From: Candidatus Polarisedimenticolia bacterium | GTDB lineage: Bacteria > Acidobacteriota > Polarisedimenticolia > JACPZX01 > DASXTC01 | Reading direction: 5' to 3' | DNA length: 64,000 nt | Assembly: GCA_035281445.1 (NCBI GenBank) | Contig: DATEEA010000180.1 | Location: 4,909-68,908, forward strand | Shown: positions 52,039 to 61,415 of the stretch, in pieces | Layout: every line of letters starts with the position of its first letter | Position numbering within the stretch: the stretch's first letter is position 1 | The notes under the pieces: generated by a model | Told to the model about the DNA's origin: nothing | The model's input: only the letters and a program-made list of their open reading frames with translations | Databases searched by the model: none | Made by a program: the position numbers and the translations under genes

Positions 52039-54782
52039 CAGCGCCCTCCCTTGCGCCGGCGCAGCAGGTCGCGGGCCTTGCTGACCGCCGGATCGTCGGC
52101 GCCGCGCTCCGGCAGGGACGCGCCTTCCACCCTGACGTCGGGCTCGATGCCGCGGCCGGTGTAGACGGCGCCGGACCGATCGGCGTGCTCCGCGCCCACC
52201 ACCAGGACCACCGCCCCGCCCGGCAGGAGCTTGGGGACCTGGATCCCCGACTTGCCGAAGGTCTTCTCCCCGACCAGGATGGCCCGGTTGGCTTCCTTCA
52301 GGCTGCCGGCCAGTGACTCGGCCGAAGAGGCCGTGTTGCGGTCCACCAGCACCACCACCGGCTTGTTCTGCGGGATGATGGGACCGCCGCCCGGCCCCGG
52401 GGGGACGGGCCGCTCCGGGGTCCTGCCCTCGGGGCCCACGGTGGCCCCGGTGACCGTCTGCGCCGGCACGAACATGCCGGCGATGCGGGCCACCTCGGCG
52501 TCCGAGCCCCCCTGGTTGCCCCGCAGGTCGAGGATCACGCCGTCGGCTGTCTTCATCTCCTCCACCGCCTTGCGGATCTCGGCGTGGCTGCGCGGATCGT
52601 CCATGTTGGTGACGGCGATGTAGCCGAGGTTGTCCGGGAGCCGCTGCGCGGCCACCGTGCGGCTGGTGCCCAGCGCCGCCCCCGAGGCGGAGAACTGGGG
52701 CGCGTCGGAGCGGTGGGTGAACATCAGCCGGGCGGTCTGGTCGGGACTGCGCAGGCGGGTGTTCCTGTCGTCGAGGCTGGAGATCATCAAGGCGATCGCT
52801 CCCAGCGCCTCCGGCGTGGTCTTGAGCTGGCCGTCGAAGCGGTGCCGCCAGGCCGACCAGTCCTGGCCGCGGAAGGTCCGGTCGTGGTAGGTGTCGCGGA
52901 CGAACTCCCAGGCCAGGCGGTAGATCTCCTCCGGCTCCTGCGGGGCGTCGCCGGGAAGGAGCTCGCGCGCCTCCTCCATCCTCCCCATCTCCCCCTTCAC
53001 CTTGGCCAGCAGGAGCCGCGGGGCTGCCACGTCGTCCATCGGGTCGAGGTGGATGGCCTGCTCCAGGGCTCCGGCGGCCTGATCCAGCCGGCCCGCCTGC
53101 TTGAGCGCGGTCCCCAGGATCGACCAGGCGGCGGGCATGGCCGGGTCGATGCGGGCGGCGCGCTCGGCTGCCTCGACCGCATCCTGGACGCGGCCCGCGG
53201 CGCCGTAGGCCAGGGCCAGATCGAGATGCGCGTAGAAAGAGGACGGATCGAGCGCCCCGGCCTTCTCCAGGAGGCGGATCGCCTCCGCCGCCTCGCCGGC
53301 GTCGCGGGCGCACGCCGCCACCGCCACCAGCAGGGACGGGTCCTCCGGCTCCTCCTGGAGCGCCCGTTCCAGCGAGGGCCGGGCCTCCTGGACGCGGCCC
53401 AGGGCCAGCAGGACGGCGCCCCTGCGGCGCGCCTCTCCCGCGGCCCCGCCGTCCCGCGTGGCGGCCTCCAGGGCCCGGGCGTCCAGGCTGAGCAGGTCCC
53501 GGATCAGCCGCTGCGCGTGCACGTCGTTGGGATCGGCCCGCACGGCGTCGATCGCCGCGGCCCTGGCGGCCTCCTTGTTGCCGGAGGCCTCCTCCGCCAG
53601 AGCCAGCCGGGCCAGCCGGCGCACCGCCGATCCACCCGCCGGCTCCCCGCCCGGCGGGTGCAGCAGGCGCGCCCGCTCCAGCTCCAGCCCGCCGTGTCTC
53701 TTCAGGGCCGCGACGTAGCGGCGGTAGGCGTAGAGATCCCCGGGATGCAGCGCCACCGCGTCGGCCCAGGCCCTGACCTCCAGGCGATGGTCCCGGGCGC
53801 GCCGCGCGCAGAAAGCGAGGTTGTAGAGAGCCATCCCTCCCAGCCTCGGGTGGGTGCCGACTCCGGCGAAGCTGGCCGCCGCCTCCTTCCACCGCCCCAG
53901 GTCGCGCAGCACCAGCCCCCTGGCCAGGTGCAGCGACGGATCCGAAGGAGACAGCTTCACCGCGGCGGCGAACGCCTCGGCGGCTCCCGGCAGGTCGGGC
54001 TGCCGGCGCAGCAGCCGGCCCAGCGCGGCCCACACGCCGGGGCGCGACGGGTCGTCCTGCACCGCCTTGCGCGCGTCGGCGATGGCGCCCTTGAGCTCCT
54101 GCACCTCGATCTTGTGGATCCTGGCGGGGGCCGCCTGCGGGTCGAGCTCCAGGTACCGGTCCCACAGGGCCTCGGCGGCGTCCAGTTCGCCCAGGCGCCG
54201 CCGGGAGATCGCCAGAAAGGCCATGGCCGTGGCCACCCTGGGGCGCTCTTTCAGCAGCGCATCGAAGATCCTGGCGGAGGCGGCGAAGTCCTCCAGGCCG
54301 AACTTCGCGCTGCCGAGGCCGACCTGGGCGCGCTCGCGCTGGTGCACGTCCAGCCCGCCCGCCTGCAGGGCGCGAGTGAACTGCTCCGCGGCCGCGGCGA
54401 ACTGGTACTCCGCGTTGAGCAGCTCGGCGTACCCGATGAGGGCGTGGCCGTCGGTGGGAGCGGCCTGAAGGACTCCCTTGTACTGAGCGGCGCTCCGGAG
54501 CCAGTACCCCGAGCTCTTGAGCAGGTCGGCGTACTCCAGGCGCAGGTCGCTGCGTCCGGGCTCCACGGCCAGGGCGTGATCGAACGCCTCGATCGCCTCG
54601 AAGACCGATCCCCCCGCCAGCGCGGACCGCGCCCGGGCGGCCCACTCGTCGGCGCCGACGCCGGCCTGCGGCACCGTGCCGGACTGCGCGAAGCCCGCGG
54701 AGAAACCGGACAGAATCGCGATCAGGAGCGCGAAGGTCCCGAGCGCGGCCGGCCGGGTGCGCTCCAGGAAGCCTGGGATCAT
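52038..54782 (-). CDS. TPR-repeat protein fused to C-terminal S41 (tail-specific/CtpA-like) peptidase domain
   Basis: 914 aa. Signal/TM 'ALGTFALLIAILSGFSAGFA'. About 600 aa of TPRs. S41 core 'GVILDLRGNQGGS', 'GEKTFGKSGIQ' (Ser/Lys dyad region), 'VVVLVDRNTASSAE'. Confidence 0.8.
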   Translation of the reverse strand: MIPGFLERTRPAALGTFALLIAILSGFSAGFAQSGTVPQAGVGADEWAARARSALAGGSVFEAIEAFDHALAVEPGRSDLRLEYADLLKSSGYWLRSAAQYKGVLQAAPTDGHALIGYAELLNAEYQFAAAAEQFTRALQAGGLDVHQRERAQVGLGSAKFGLEDFAASARIFDALLKERPRVATAMAFLAISRRRLGELDAAEALWDRYLELDPQAAPARIHKIEVQELKGAIADARKAVQDDPSRPGVWAALGRLLRRQPDLPGAAEAFAAAVKLSPSDPSLHLARGLVLRDLGRWKEAAASFAGVGTHPRLGGMALYNLAFCARRARDHRLEVRAWADAVALHPGDLYAYRRYVAALKRHGGLELERARLLHPPGGEPAGGSAVRRLARLALAEEASGNKEAARAAAIDAVRADPNDVHAQRLIRDLLSLDARALEAATRDGGAAGEARRRGAVLLALGRVQEARPSLERALQEEPEDPSLLVAVAACARDAGEAAEAIRLLEKAGALDPSSFYAHLDLALAYGAAGRVQDAVEAAERAARIDPAMPAAWSILGTALKQAGRLDQAAGALEQAIHLDPMDDVAAPRLLLAKVKGEMGRMEEARELLPGDAPQEPEEIYRLAWEFVRDTYHDRTFRGQDWSAWRHRFDGQLKTTPEALGAIALMISSLDDRNTRLRSPDQTARLMFTHRSDAPQFSASGAALGTSRTVAAQRLPDNLGYIAVTNMDDPRSHAEIRKAVEEMKTADGVILDLRGNQGGSDAEVARIAGMFVPAQTVTGATVGPEGRTPERPVPPGPGGGPIIPQNKPVVVLVDRNTASSAESLAGSLKEANRAILVGEKTFGKSGIQVPKLLPGGAVVLVVGAEHADRSGAVYTGRGIEPDVRVEGASLPERGADDPAVSKARDLLRRRKGGR

Positions 54783-54894
54783 GATCGGTATGGCGTGCTC
54801 CTCCGGCCGGCCATGAGAGGGCGTCGCGCCGGGACTGTAGAATGAGTCCTAAAGATACCGGGAACGGCAGGTGGTGTCCAGGCGGGCGGACCTC

Positions 54895-57852
54895 TCAGGC
54901 CGCCCCGGCCAGGATGGCGGTCAGCAGGGTGGTGAGCCGGTCGAGGTGGAACGGCTTCTCCAAATAGGGTCTGCCGGCGCGCTCGAGGAAATCCTTGGTC
55001 TCCCCTCCCATGACGTCGCCCGTGGCGAAGACGAATCGATCCATCATCATGGGGCGCGACCGGCTGACCTCCCGGAACAGCTCCTGGCCGCTCATCTCCG
55101 GCATCTTGAGATCGCTGATGACGATGTCGTAGTCCCCCGACAGGATTTTGCGCAAGGCCAGCTTTCCGTTCACCGCGGTGTCCACCTGGTGCCCGCAGGC
55201 CCGCAGCGCCTCGGTCATGACGTCCAGGATGGAGGGCTCGTCGTCCACGACCAGCAGCCGGCCCTGGGCGGCGGGGGCGGCGGTGGGAGCGGGAACGGGC
55301 TCCACCGCGGCGCGGGCGTCGCGCGAGGAGGCGTCGGCGGGCACGGGCAGCTCCACGGTGAACACCGAGCCGCCTCCCGGGACGCTGGAGGCGATGATGC
55401 GCCCGTCGTGCTCCTGCACAATCCCGTAGCAGATGGACAGCCCCAGGCCGGTCCCCTGCCCGATCTGCTTGGTGGTGAAGAAGGGGTCGAAGATCCGCCC
55501 CAGGTTCTCCGGGGCGATGCCCGGGCCGTCGTCCTCCACGGCCACCCGGATCCTGTCCCCCTCCACGCAGGACGACAGCGTCAGCGTCCCCGCACGCCCC
55601 GATCCCTTCATGGCCTGATGGGCGTTGTTGACCAGGTTCATGAACACCTGCTGGAGCTGGTGGAAGTCGGCCATGGCGCGCGGAAGGTCCTTGGAGAGGT
55701 TGGTCACCACCCGGATGTTGTCCACGCGCAGCTGATAGGCGCGCAGCTCCAGCGTGCTCTCCACGATGTCGTTGACGCTGACGCTCATCTTGGACGGAGC
55801 GTGCTTGCGGGCGAAGGTCAGGAGGTTCTGGACGATCCGGTGGCAGCGGCGGGCCTCGGCGTAGACCTTCTCCAGTCCGCGCTTGATCGACTCGTCGCCG
55901 TCCTTGGAGCTGAGGAGCTGGGCGTAGGCGATGACCCCGGTCAGGGGGTTGTTCAGCTCGTGGGCCACGCCGCTGATGAGCTGGCCGATGGCCGAGAGCT
56001 TTTCGGTCTGGAGCAGCTGGAGCTGCAGCTCCTCTTTCTCCCTCTCGGCCCGGCGGCGCTCGCTGACGTCGCGGCACACCCACTGCACCGCGTGCCGGCC
56101 GGCGTAGGTGAGCAGGTGGGAGGAGACCTCAACCTCCAGAGGCTCGCCCCCCTTCCTCAGCAGGTGGAAGGGGGCCGTGGCGGCGGCGCCGGCCTCGATG
56201 GCGCCCCTCAGGTGCGCGCCGGCGCGGGCCCGCTCCTCCTGGGGGTGGAGGTCCAGCGCCGGGCGCCCGGTGAGCTCGGCGCGCGGCCAGCCGGTCAGCT
56301 CCTGGGCCCGGACGCTGGCCAGCATCACCGTCCCGGCGGCGGCGTCCACCAGGAAGATGGCGTCCTGGGCCCGCTCCACCAGGGCGGTGAACTTCTCCTC
56401 CGACTCCTGGATGCGCCGCTGCATCGCCAGGAGGCTCTCCTCCATGGCCCTGCGTTGCGTGACGTCGCGCACGATCACGGAGATCCCCTCCAGGGCGCCC
56501 CCCGGGCCCTTGACCGGCGACATGGTCAGCGCGACGTGGATGGCCCGGCCGTCCCTGCGGAAGGCCCGCTCCTCGATCTCTTCCAGCGTCCCGCCGGCCG
56601 AGACGCGCCGGACGATCTCCCCGGCGCGCTCCCGGGCCGCCGGATCGGCGAGGTCCGTCCACGACCGGCCGATGGCCTCGGCGGCCGGGAAGCCGGTCAT
56701 GCGCTCCATCCCCAGGTTCCAGCGGATCACGCGGCCCTCGGTGTCCAGCACCAGGATCCCGTCTCCGGCGTTGGCGATCAGGCTTTCCAGATAGTCCCTG
56801 GTGCGGGTGGTCCTCTCCAGGTAGCGCGCCTTGTCCATGATCAGGGCGAGCTGCCCGGCCAGGGTCTCCAGCAGGCTCACGTCCTCGGCGTCGAAGGCCC
56901 CCGGCTGACTCGCGTTGATGTCCAGGATCCCCACCATCGTCTCGCCCGCCACGAGCGGGATGCACAGCTCGGAGCGCATCCCCGGCAGCAGATCCACGTG
57001 GTCGGGATCGAGCGAGGTGTCGTTGCAGCAGACCGTGCGCCGCTGCGACGCCGCCCGGCCCACCAGCCCCCGATCGATGGGCTGCCGGTGGCCCCGCCGG
57101 AGCCGCGAGGGCACCCTGGCGTGATGGGCCTGATGCTCCACGTGCCGGCCATCCTCGGTGAGGAAGGCCACGCAGGCCCCGTCGTAGCCGATCTCGTCCA
57201 CGATGGCGTGCACGCACACCTCGACGGCCTCCTCCAGAGTGGGCGCCCCCAGCACCCGCCGGCAGATCTCGGTGAGGTGCTGGATCTTTCCGCTCTTGCC
57301 GCGCACCTCCTCCAGCAGCCGGATCCCCTGGAGGAAGTTGGCCAGGTGCTCGCACAGGATCTCGAACAGCGCGACGTGGGGCGGGCCGAAGGCGGCCGCC
57401 TCCCTCCCCTCCACGTTGAGCAGCGCCAGGATGCGATCGCCGCTGCGGATGGGAAGAGCCAGGATGGATCGGCTGGTCGGAGACGCCGGGCAGAGGCCGC
57501 GCGGGTCGCGCAGCACGTCGCGGCAGAGAAAGGTCCCGCGCCCGGCGATGGCCTCGGCCAGAGCTCCCCCCGGCTCGGCCAGGACGTCGCCGCCGGGCAG
57601 CCCGCCGTCGCCCGCCCTGGCCATCAGGCGCAGGGCCGGGCTCCCCTCCTGGCAGGCGTAGATGCTGACGTGGGAGAGGGCTTTCATCTCACGGTAGATC
57701 GTCTCCACCGCGATCCGGAAGAACGTGCCGGGATCGAGGGATCGCGAGGCCTGCTTGACGACGTTGAGGATCAGGAAGAGCTGCTCCGATCGCAGATCCT
57801 CCTGCGCGCTCGGCGGCGCGCCCCTCCTGTATCGTTCCCGTTCGAACGACAT
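54895..57852 (-). CDS. Hybrid sensor histidine kinase (GAF-GAF-PAS-PAS-HisKA-HATPase_c-REC), cytoplasmic
   Basis: ATG 57850-57852 ('MSFERERY'); the track GTG at 57870 is an alternative. No TM segment. H-box '[24 protein letters not shown]'. 'DDGPGI', '[15 protein letters not shown]'. C-terminal REC 'LLVVDDEPSI...VISDLKMPEMSG'. Confidence 0.85.
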   Translation of the reverse strand: MSFERERYRRGAPPSAQEDLRSEQLFLILNVVKQASRSLDPGTFFRIAVETIYREMKALSHVSIYACQEGSPALRLMARAGDGGLPGGDVLAEPGGALAEAIAGRGTFLCRDVLRDPRGLCPASPTSRSILALPIRSGDRILALLNVEGREAAAFGPPHVALFEILCEHLANFLQGIRLLEEVRGKSGKIQHLTEICRRVLGAPTLEEAVEVCVHAIVDEIGYDGACVAFLTEDGRHVEHQAHHARVPSRLRRGHRQPIDRGLVGRAASQRRTVCCNDTSLDPDHVDLLPGMRSELCIPLVAGETMVGILDINASQPGAFDAEDVSLLETLAGQLALIMDKARYLERTTRTRDYLESLIANAGDGILVLDTEGRVIRWNLGMERMTGFPAAEAIGRSWTDLADPAARERAGEIVRRVSAGGTLEEIEERAFRRDGRAIHVALTMSPVKGPGGALEGISVIVRDVTQRRAMEESLLAMQRRIQESEEKFTALVERAQDAIFLVDAAAGTVMLASVRAQELTGWPRAELTGRPALDLHPQEERARAGAHLRGAIEAGAAATAPFHLLRKGGEPLEVEVSSHLLTYAGRHAVQWVCRDVSERRRAEREKEELQLQLLQTEKLSAIGQLISGVAHELNNPLTGVIAYAQLLSSKDGDESIKRGLEKVYAEARRCHRIVQNLLTFARKHAPSKMSVSVNDIVESTLELRAYQLRVDNIRVVTNLSKDLPRAMADFHQLQQVFMNLVNNAHQAMKGSGRAGTLTLSSCVEGDRIRVAVEDDGPGIAPENLGRIFDPFFTTKQIGQGTGLGLSICYGIVQEHDGRIIASSVPGGGSVFTVELPVPADASSRDARAAVEPVPAPTAAPAAQGRLLVVDDEPSILDVMTEALRACGHQVDTAVNGKLALRKILSGDYDIVISDLKMPEMSGQELFREVSRSRPMMMDRFVFATGDVMGGETKDFLERAGRPYLEKPFHLDRLTTLLTAILAGAA

Positions 57853-58014
57853 GCCGCTCGGCTCCCCCACCCCCGCCGGCGCGGCGGGGCCCTGCTCGCC
57901 GGCCAGAACATGGTCTCGGAATCCGTGGAGATCCAGGCGGGGCGGGGATTTGGCGATGTCGGTGGTGTCGGAGTCCAGGGGGTTTTCGGGGAAAGGAGGT
58001 CTTTCCGGACCCGG

Positions 58015-58695
58015 TCAGGTGGCGCGCAGGAAGCGCCAGAGGTTGGCGCTCTCCCAACGCAGGGCGGAGCGGTAGAAGCGGAACTGGCGCTCCTCCTCCC
58101 GGAAGCGGGGGGAGTGCAGATCGCGCCGTCCGTTGGCCGCCTCCCTGAACCCCAGCGCGGCGTGGAGCATCTCGTGGTACACGATGTAGTCGAGGAAGAA
58201 GCCGGGGACGAACGGCCTGTCGAGAGACGGGTTGATCCGGATCACGCGCTTGCGCTCATCGTAGCTTCCGAAGTCGATCGAGTAGCGCCGGTTGCGCCCG
58301 TTGGACTTGCCCCAGGTGATCGCCGCCCGGAGCCGCCCGTCGAAGTAGCGCTCGTTGAGCCGGTCGTACACCTTCCGCAGATCGAAATGGAATCCCCTGT
58401 GCGACAGGTTGATCGCCGCGCGGTGCCTGGGACGCCCCCCGATGCGGTGCGCGTTGCCCTTGATGTAGGCGTTGAGGATCCGGTGGCATTCGGGGGTGGG
58501 CCTGCGGATGAACAGGGAGAGCGCGGCCACGACGTCGGGCGGAGCGTCGAGGAACATGTGGTGCAGCCGCAGCTTCACCATGCCGGTGCCGGAGGGGACC
58601 ACCGACACCATCGAGGACCGGTTGTCGGTGACGGTCAACGCGACCGGCTTGCCTGCTTTGCGCTCCAGGCGCCGGCGAAGCTCAAGCTCCAGCAT
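58015..58695 (-). CDS. YgjP-like (DUF45/M48-family-like) metal-dependent hydrolase
   Basis: 226 aa. 'FLDYIVYHEMLHAAL' HExxH. 'RRDLHSPRFREEERQ' resembles the YgjP 'nHS..FW' region. Confidence 0.7.
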   Translation of the reverse strand: MLELELRRRLERKAGKPVALTVTDNRSSMVSVVPSGTGMVKLRLHHMFLDAPPDVVAALSLFIRRPTPECHRILNAYIKGNAHRIGGRPRHRAAINLSHRGFHFDLRKVYDRLNERYFDGRLRAAITWGKSNGRNRRYSIDFGSYDERKRVIRINPSLDRPFVPGFFLDYIVYHEMLHAALGFREAANGRRDLHSPRFREEERQFRFYRSALRWESANLWRFLRAT

Positions 58696-58905
58696 CCACC
58701 ACTCCAGCCTGCAGGCCGGGCCCGCCCCTCGAGCGGGCCGGGCGCCGCGGCGGCGGGAGGGTGAGGCCTCCCCTGCCTGGTCGCAGGCGTCCCGGGCCGG
58801 GCCTGTTCGGAATGCCGGAAATATACCCCACTCCGGGCGGAGGGGTAAAGGGAAGGTGGAAGGATTTTGTTTTGCCTTTAATTCTTTGTTTTCAGGTATT
58901 TAAGG

Positions 58906-58933
58906 TGTTGCAGGCGCCGCGGCGGCACCCGGG
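58906..58933 (-). terminator. Perfect 11-bp GC hairpin (GCCGCGGCGGC-6 nt loop-GCCGCCGCGGC) 3' of the 58974-59795 OMP gene, followed by an AT-rich tract
   Basis: 'gccgcggcggcacccgggccgccgcggc' begins 41 nt after the stop codon. Downstream on the minus strand the sequence is A-rich rather than a clean U-run, so this may be a non-canonical terminator or RNA-stability element. Positions ±1. Confidence 0.3.
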
Positions 58934-58973
58934 CCGCCGCGGCGTTTCACCTCGATCCGGCCGGCCGGAAACC

Positions 58974-59795
58974 TCAGAAGATCCAGACAGCCGAGCCCAG
59001 GAGCTCCACGTCCGGGGCCGCCGTGCTGAGCCCGCCCGCGACCGCTCCGCGGATCAGGAAGCTCTCGTTGGTCCGGTACTCGGCGCCCCCCAGCAGCCTC
59101 GAGTCGGTGCGTGTCCCCTCGTACCTCTCCGACTCGATGGCGAACTCGCCCGTGATCACCAGCTTCTGCCCCGCCGGGACCAGGATCCCCACTCCCGCCA
59201 GGAAGCTGTTCTGCCCCTCCACCTCGAACCCTTCGATGTCCAGATCCTGGTTGACGCGCAGCCCCAGGTTGGCGGCCAGGGTCAGCCGGGAGTAGTCCTT
59301 GCGCAGGCCGCCGAAGAACTCGACGTTGGTCTCCCCCGTGCCCAGCAGCTTGTCCTCGTCGCCGGTGGGGGCGGTGAGGAGGATGCCCAGAGCGATCTTC
59401 ACAGGGTCGGTCACCACGGAGAGCTTTCCCCACAGGTCGAGATCGGTCAATCCGGTCTCGCTCCCGCCGGCGTCGGGATCGCGGTGGGCCAGGGCCACGC
59501 GGGCGCCGAACTCGAAGTCTTCCGCCACGTTGAGGGCGAACACCGGCCCGACGCTCAGCAGCGTCGCTTCGCCGTCGTCCTCGCCGTCCCCGTCGAAGTC
59601 CAGGGAGTTGTTCTGGAACCTGGCCTGTCCCTCCAGCCAGTAGGACGGAACGACTGCGGCGTCCTCCACGAACCGGAGGAAGAGCCTGTTCTCCGCGCCG
59701 ACGCTGCCGGAGGGGGCCGCCGTCTGGGCCCACGCGCCGGAAGGGAGCGCCGCCGAAGCCGCCACAAGGACCAACGATGCGAAGCCTCTCTTCAT
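58974..59795 (-). CDS. Hypothetical small outer-membrane beta-barrel protein (paralog of 39151-39987)
   Basis: Signal peptide 'MKRGFASLVLVAASAALPSGAWA'. Alternating strands. Terminal 'GSAVWIF'. Acidic 'DFDGDGEDDGE' loop. Confidence 0.6.
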   Translation of the reverse strand: MKRGFASLVLVAASAALPSGAWAQTAAPSGSVGAENRLFLRFVEDAAVVPSYWLEGQARFQNNSLDFDGDGEDDGEATLLSVGPVFALNVAEDFEFGARVALAHRDPDAGGSETGLTDLDLWGKLSVVTDPVKIALGILLTAPTGDEDKLLGTGETNVEFFGGLRKDYSRLTLAANLGLRVNQDLDIEGFEVEGQNSFLAGVGILVPAGQKLVITGEFAIESERYEGTRTDSRLLGGAEYRTNESFLIRGAVAGGLSTAAPDVELLGSAVWIF

Positions 59796-60016
59796 GTCAC
59801 TCCTCCACTGCCCGGAATGGGCCGGGCGCTGAACGGCATGACGTTCGATGAGGCGACGCTGCGGTACGGGGTACGCCGGGACGATAGGGCCGTCCTGTGC
59901 GGGGCGAACGCGCCCCCTGCGGCTCCCTCATCATGGACTGTGTGAGAAAGAGCTTCAGGCCGGTCTCAGAGCGGCATCATGGTAGTCGGGAGGCGACGCT
60001 GCCGCAAGAGCCCCGT

Positions 60017-60898
60017 TCAGGAGGAGATCTTGATCTTCAGCCGGTGGACCCTCAGCCGGACCTTGCGGGGATCGATCACGGAGGGGACGCGGGAGCGGTG
60101 CAGGTGGGCGCGCAGCTTGGTCCTGGCGGCCATCTCGATCTGGCGGACACGCTCCCGGCTCAGGCCGAGGGCGGCCCCGATCTCCTTCAGCGTGGCGACG
60201 CGGGTGCCCGACAGGCCGAAGCGGCGCGCGATCACCGCGCGCTCCTTGTCGTTCAGGCAGGTGAGGCCGCGCTCCAGGTGGGAGAGGTCCTCCCTGCGGA
60301 TGATCTCCCTCTCCGGGTCCTCGGATCGGGAGTCCACGAGGATCTCGATCAGCCGGGCATGCCCCTCGGTCCGCGTGGCGTCGTCGAGCGACACCGCCTT
60401 GTAGCGCGGGGCGGCGGGGGGCTCGGGGACGCAGCTGGCGCAGAAAGGATCGGGGGTGGAGTGTCCGTGCTGGGCCCTCAGCGCCTCGCTCTCGGCGCGC
60501 TGGCGGGCCACTTTCTTGCGCTGGTAGCTGGGCACCCGGATCATCGAGGACTGTTCGGACAGCGCCTTCAGGATCGACTTGCGGACCCACCACGAAGCGT
60601 AGGTGATGAACTTGATCCCTTTGCGGTGATCGTACCGCGACGCCGCGTGGATCAGCCCGATGTTGCCTTCATTGAGAAGATCCTCGAACGGCAGGCCCAT
60701 GTTCTGGTACTCGCTGGCGATCTTGACGACGAACCCGAGGTTCGACAGCACCAGCTCGTCCATCCCTTCCCGCATCCCGCCGGAGATCCGCTGGCCAATC
60801 TCGATTTCCTTCTCCTTGGTCAGGAGCGGGTAGACACGGATGTCCGAAAGGTACCGGCTGAGCGCGGATCCACTGCGGGCCTGGTTGGGTCTGGGCAT
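60017..60898 (-). CDS. RNA polymerase sigma factor, sigma-70 family (regions 1.2, 2, 3, 4)
   Basis: 293 aa. 'YLSDIRVYPLLTKEKEIEIG' (region 1.2). 'LVLSNLGFVVKIASEY...EDLLNEGNIGLIHAASRYD...FITYASWWVRKSI' (region 2). 'LKEIGAALGLSRERVRQIE' (region 4.2). Cys-containing insertion between regions 2 and 3. 'gggag' SD. Confidence 0.85.
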   Translation of the reverse strand: MPRPNQARSGSALSRYLSDIRVYPLLTKEKEIEIGQRISGGMREGMDELVLSNLGFVVKIASEYQNMGLPFEDLLNEGNIGLIHAASRYDHRKGIKFITYASWWVRKSILKALSEQSSMIRVPSYQRKKVARQRAESEALRAQHGHSTPDPFCASCVPEPPAAPRYKAVSLDDATRTEGHARLIEILVDSRSEDPEREIIRREDLSHLERGLTCLNDKERAVIARRFGLSGTRVATLKEIGAALGLSRERVRQIEMAARTKLRAHLHRSRVPSVIDPRKVRLRVHRLKIKISS

Positions 60899-61352
60899 GC
60901 TGCTCCCGTAGCGTCAAGAGGCCGAACGATAGGCGGCGGTTGTTTCAGATGAGTTCCCGGGATGTGCAGGGAGGGAAACACCTTGACCCGCCCCTCGCGG
61001 GGCAGCGATGGACAGTCGAAGGCAGTCCCCCCCGGACTGCGAGGTGTGCAGCAAGAACCGTACCGCGGGAGGGGGGCCCCCCGGACGGCGGCCCGGGATG
61101 GGTGTAAATCGCCGTCCGTGAATGCCTTGCGCCACATTCGCGCGGCACGGCGGGAACATCCCCATCCTACACTGAGAGAGGCCAGACTCCGTCGGATGCC
61201 GTGAAAATCAAGGCAAACCGTGGGGATTCAGAGGGATGACCGCTGCTACAGAAAGTGTAGTGTCCGCCCGCGGGTTCGTTGGAAGGGGGTTTACGCCTTC
61301 GGGGAGGAACGCAGACACTTACGCCCAAAGCTCCGCGGCGTCAAGAGAGGGA

Positions 61353-61380
61353 TTGACCGGCGGGGTCCCGCTCCTAGATT
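61353..61380 (+). promoter_or_regulatory. Candidate σ70-type promoter (TTGACC-16-TAGATT) for the orphan receiver gene
   Basis: 'gggaTTGACCggcggggtcccgctccTAGATTctcc'. Predicted TSS about 61387, giving a roughly 29-nt leader with a 'gggag' SD before ATG 61416. Confidence 0.4.
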
Positions 61381-61415
61381 CTCCGGTGCCTGCCATGTCC
61401 GCCCGGGAGCCCCGC

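Noticed and set aside
51214-58764. Plus-strand ORFs 51214-52164, 52584-54845, 54871-58764 (1297 aa) and the minus ORF 56129-57355
   Set aside because: Antisense or off-frame to the TPR lipoprotein, the TPR-S41 protease and the GAF/PAS hybrid kinase. Low-complexity Gly/Arg/Pro/Asp composition.
58761-60593. ORFs 58761-59945 (+), 58900-59733 (-), 59897-60952 (+), 59955-60593 (-) overlapping the OMP and sigma-factor genes
   Set aside because: Shadow frames. The sigma factor and OMP translations have clear family signatures in other frames.
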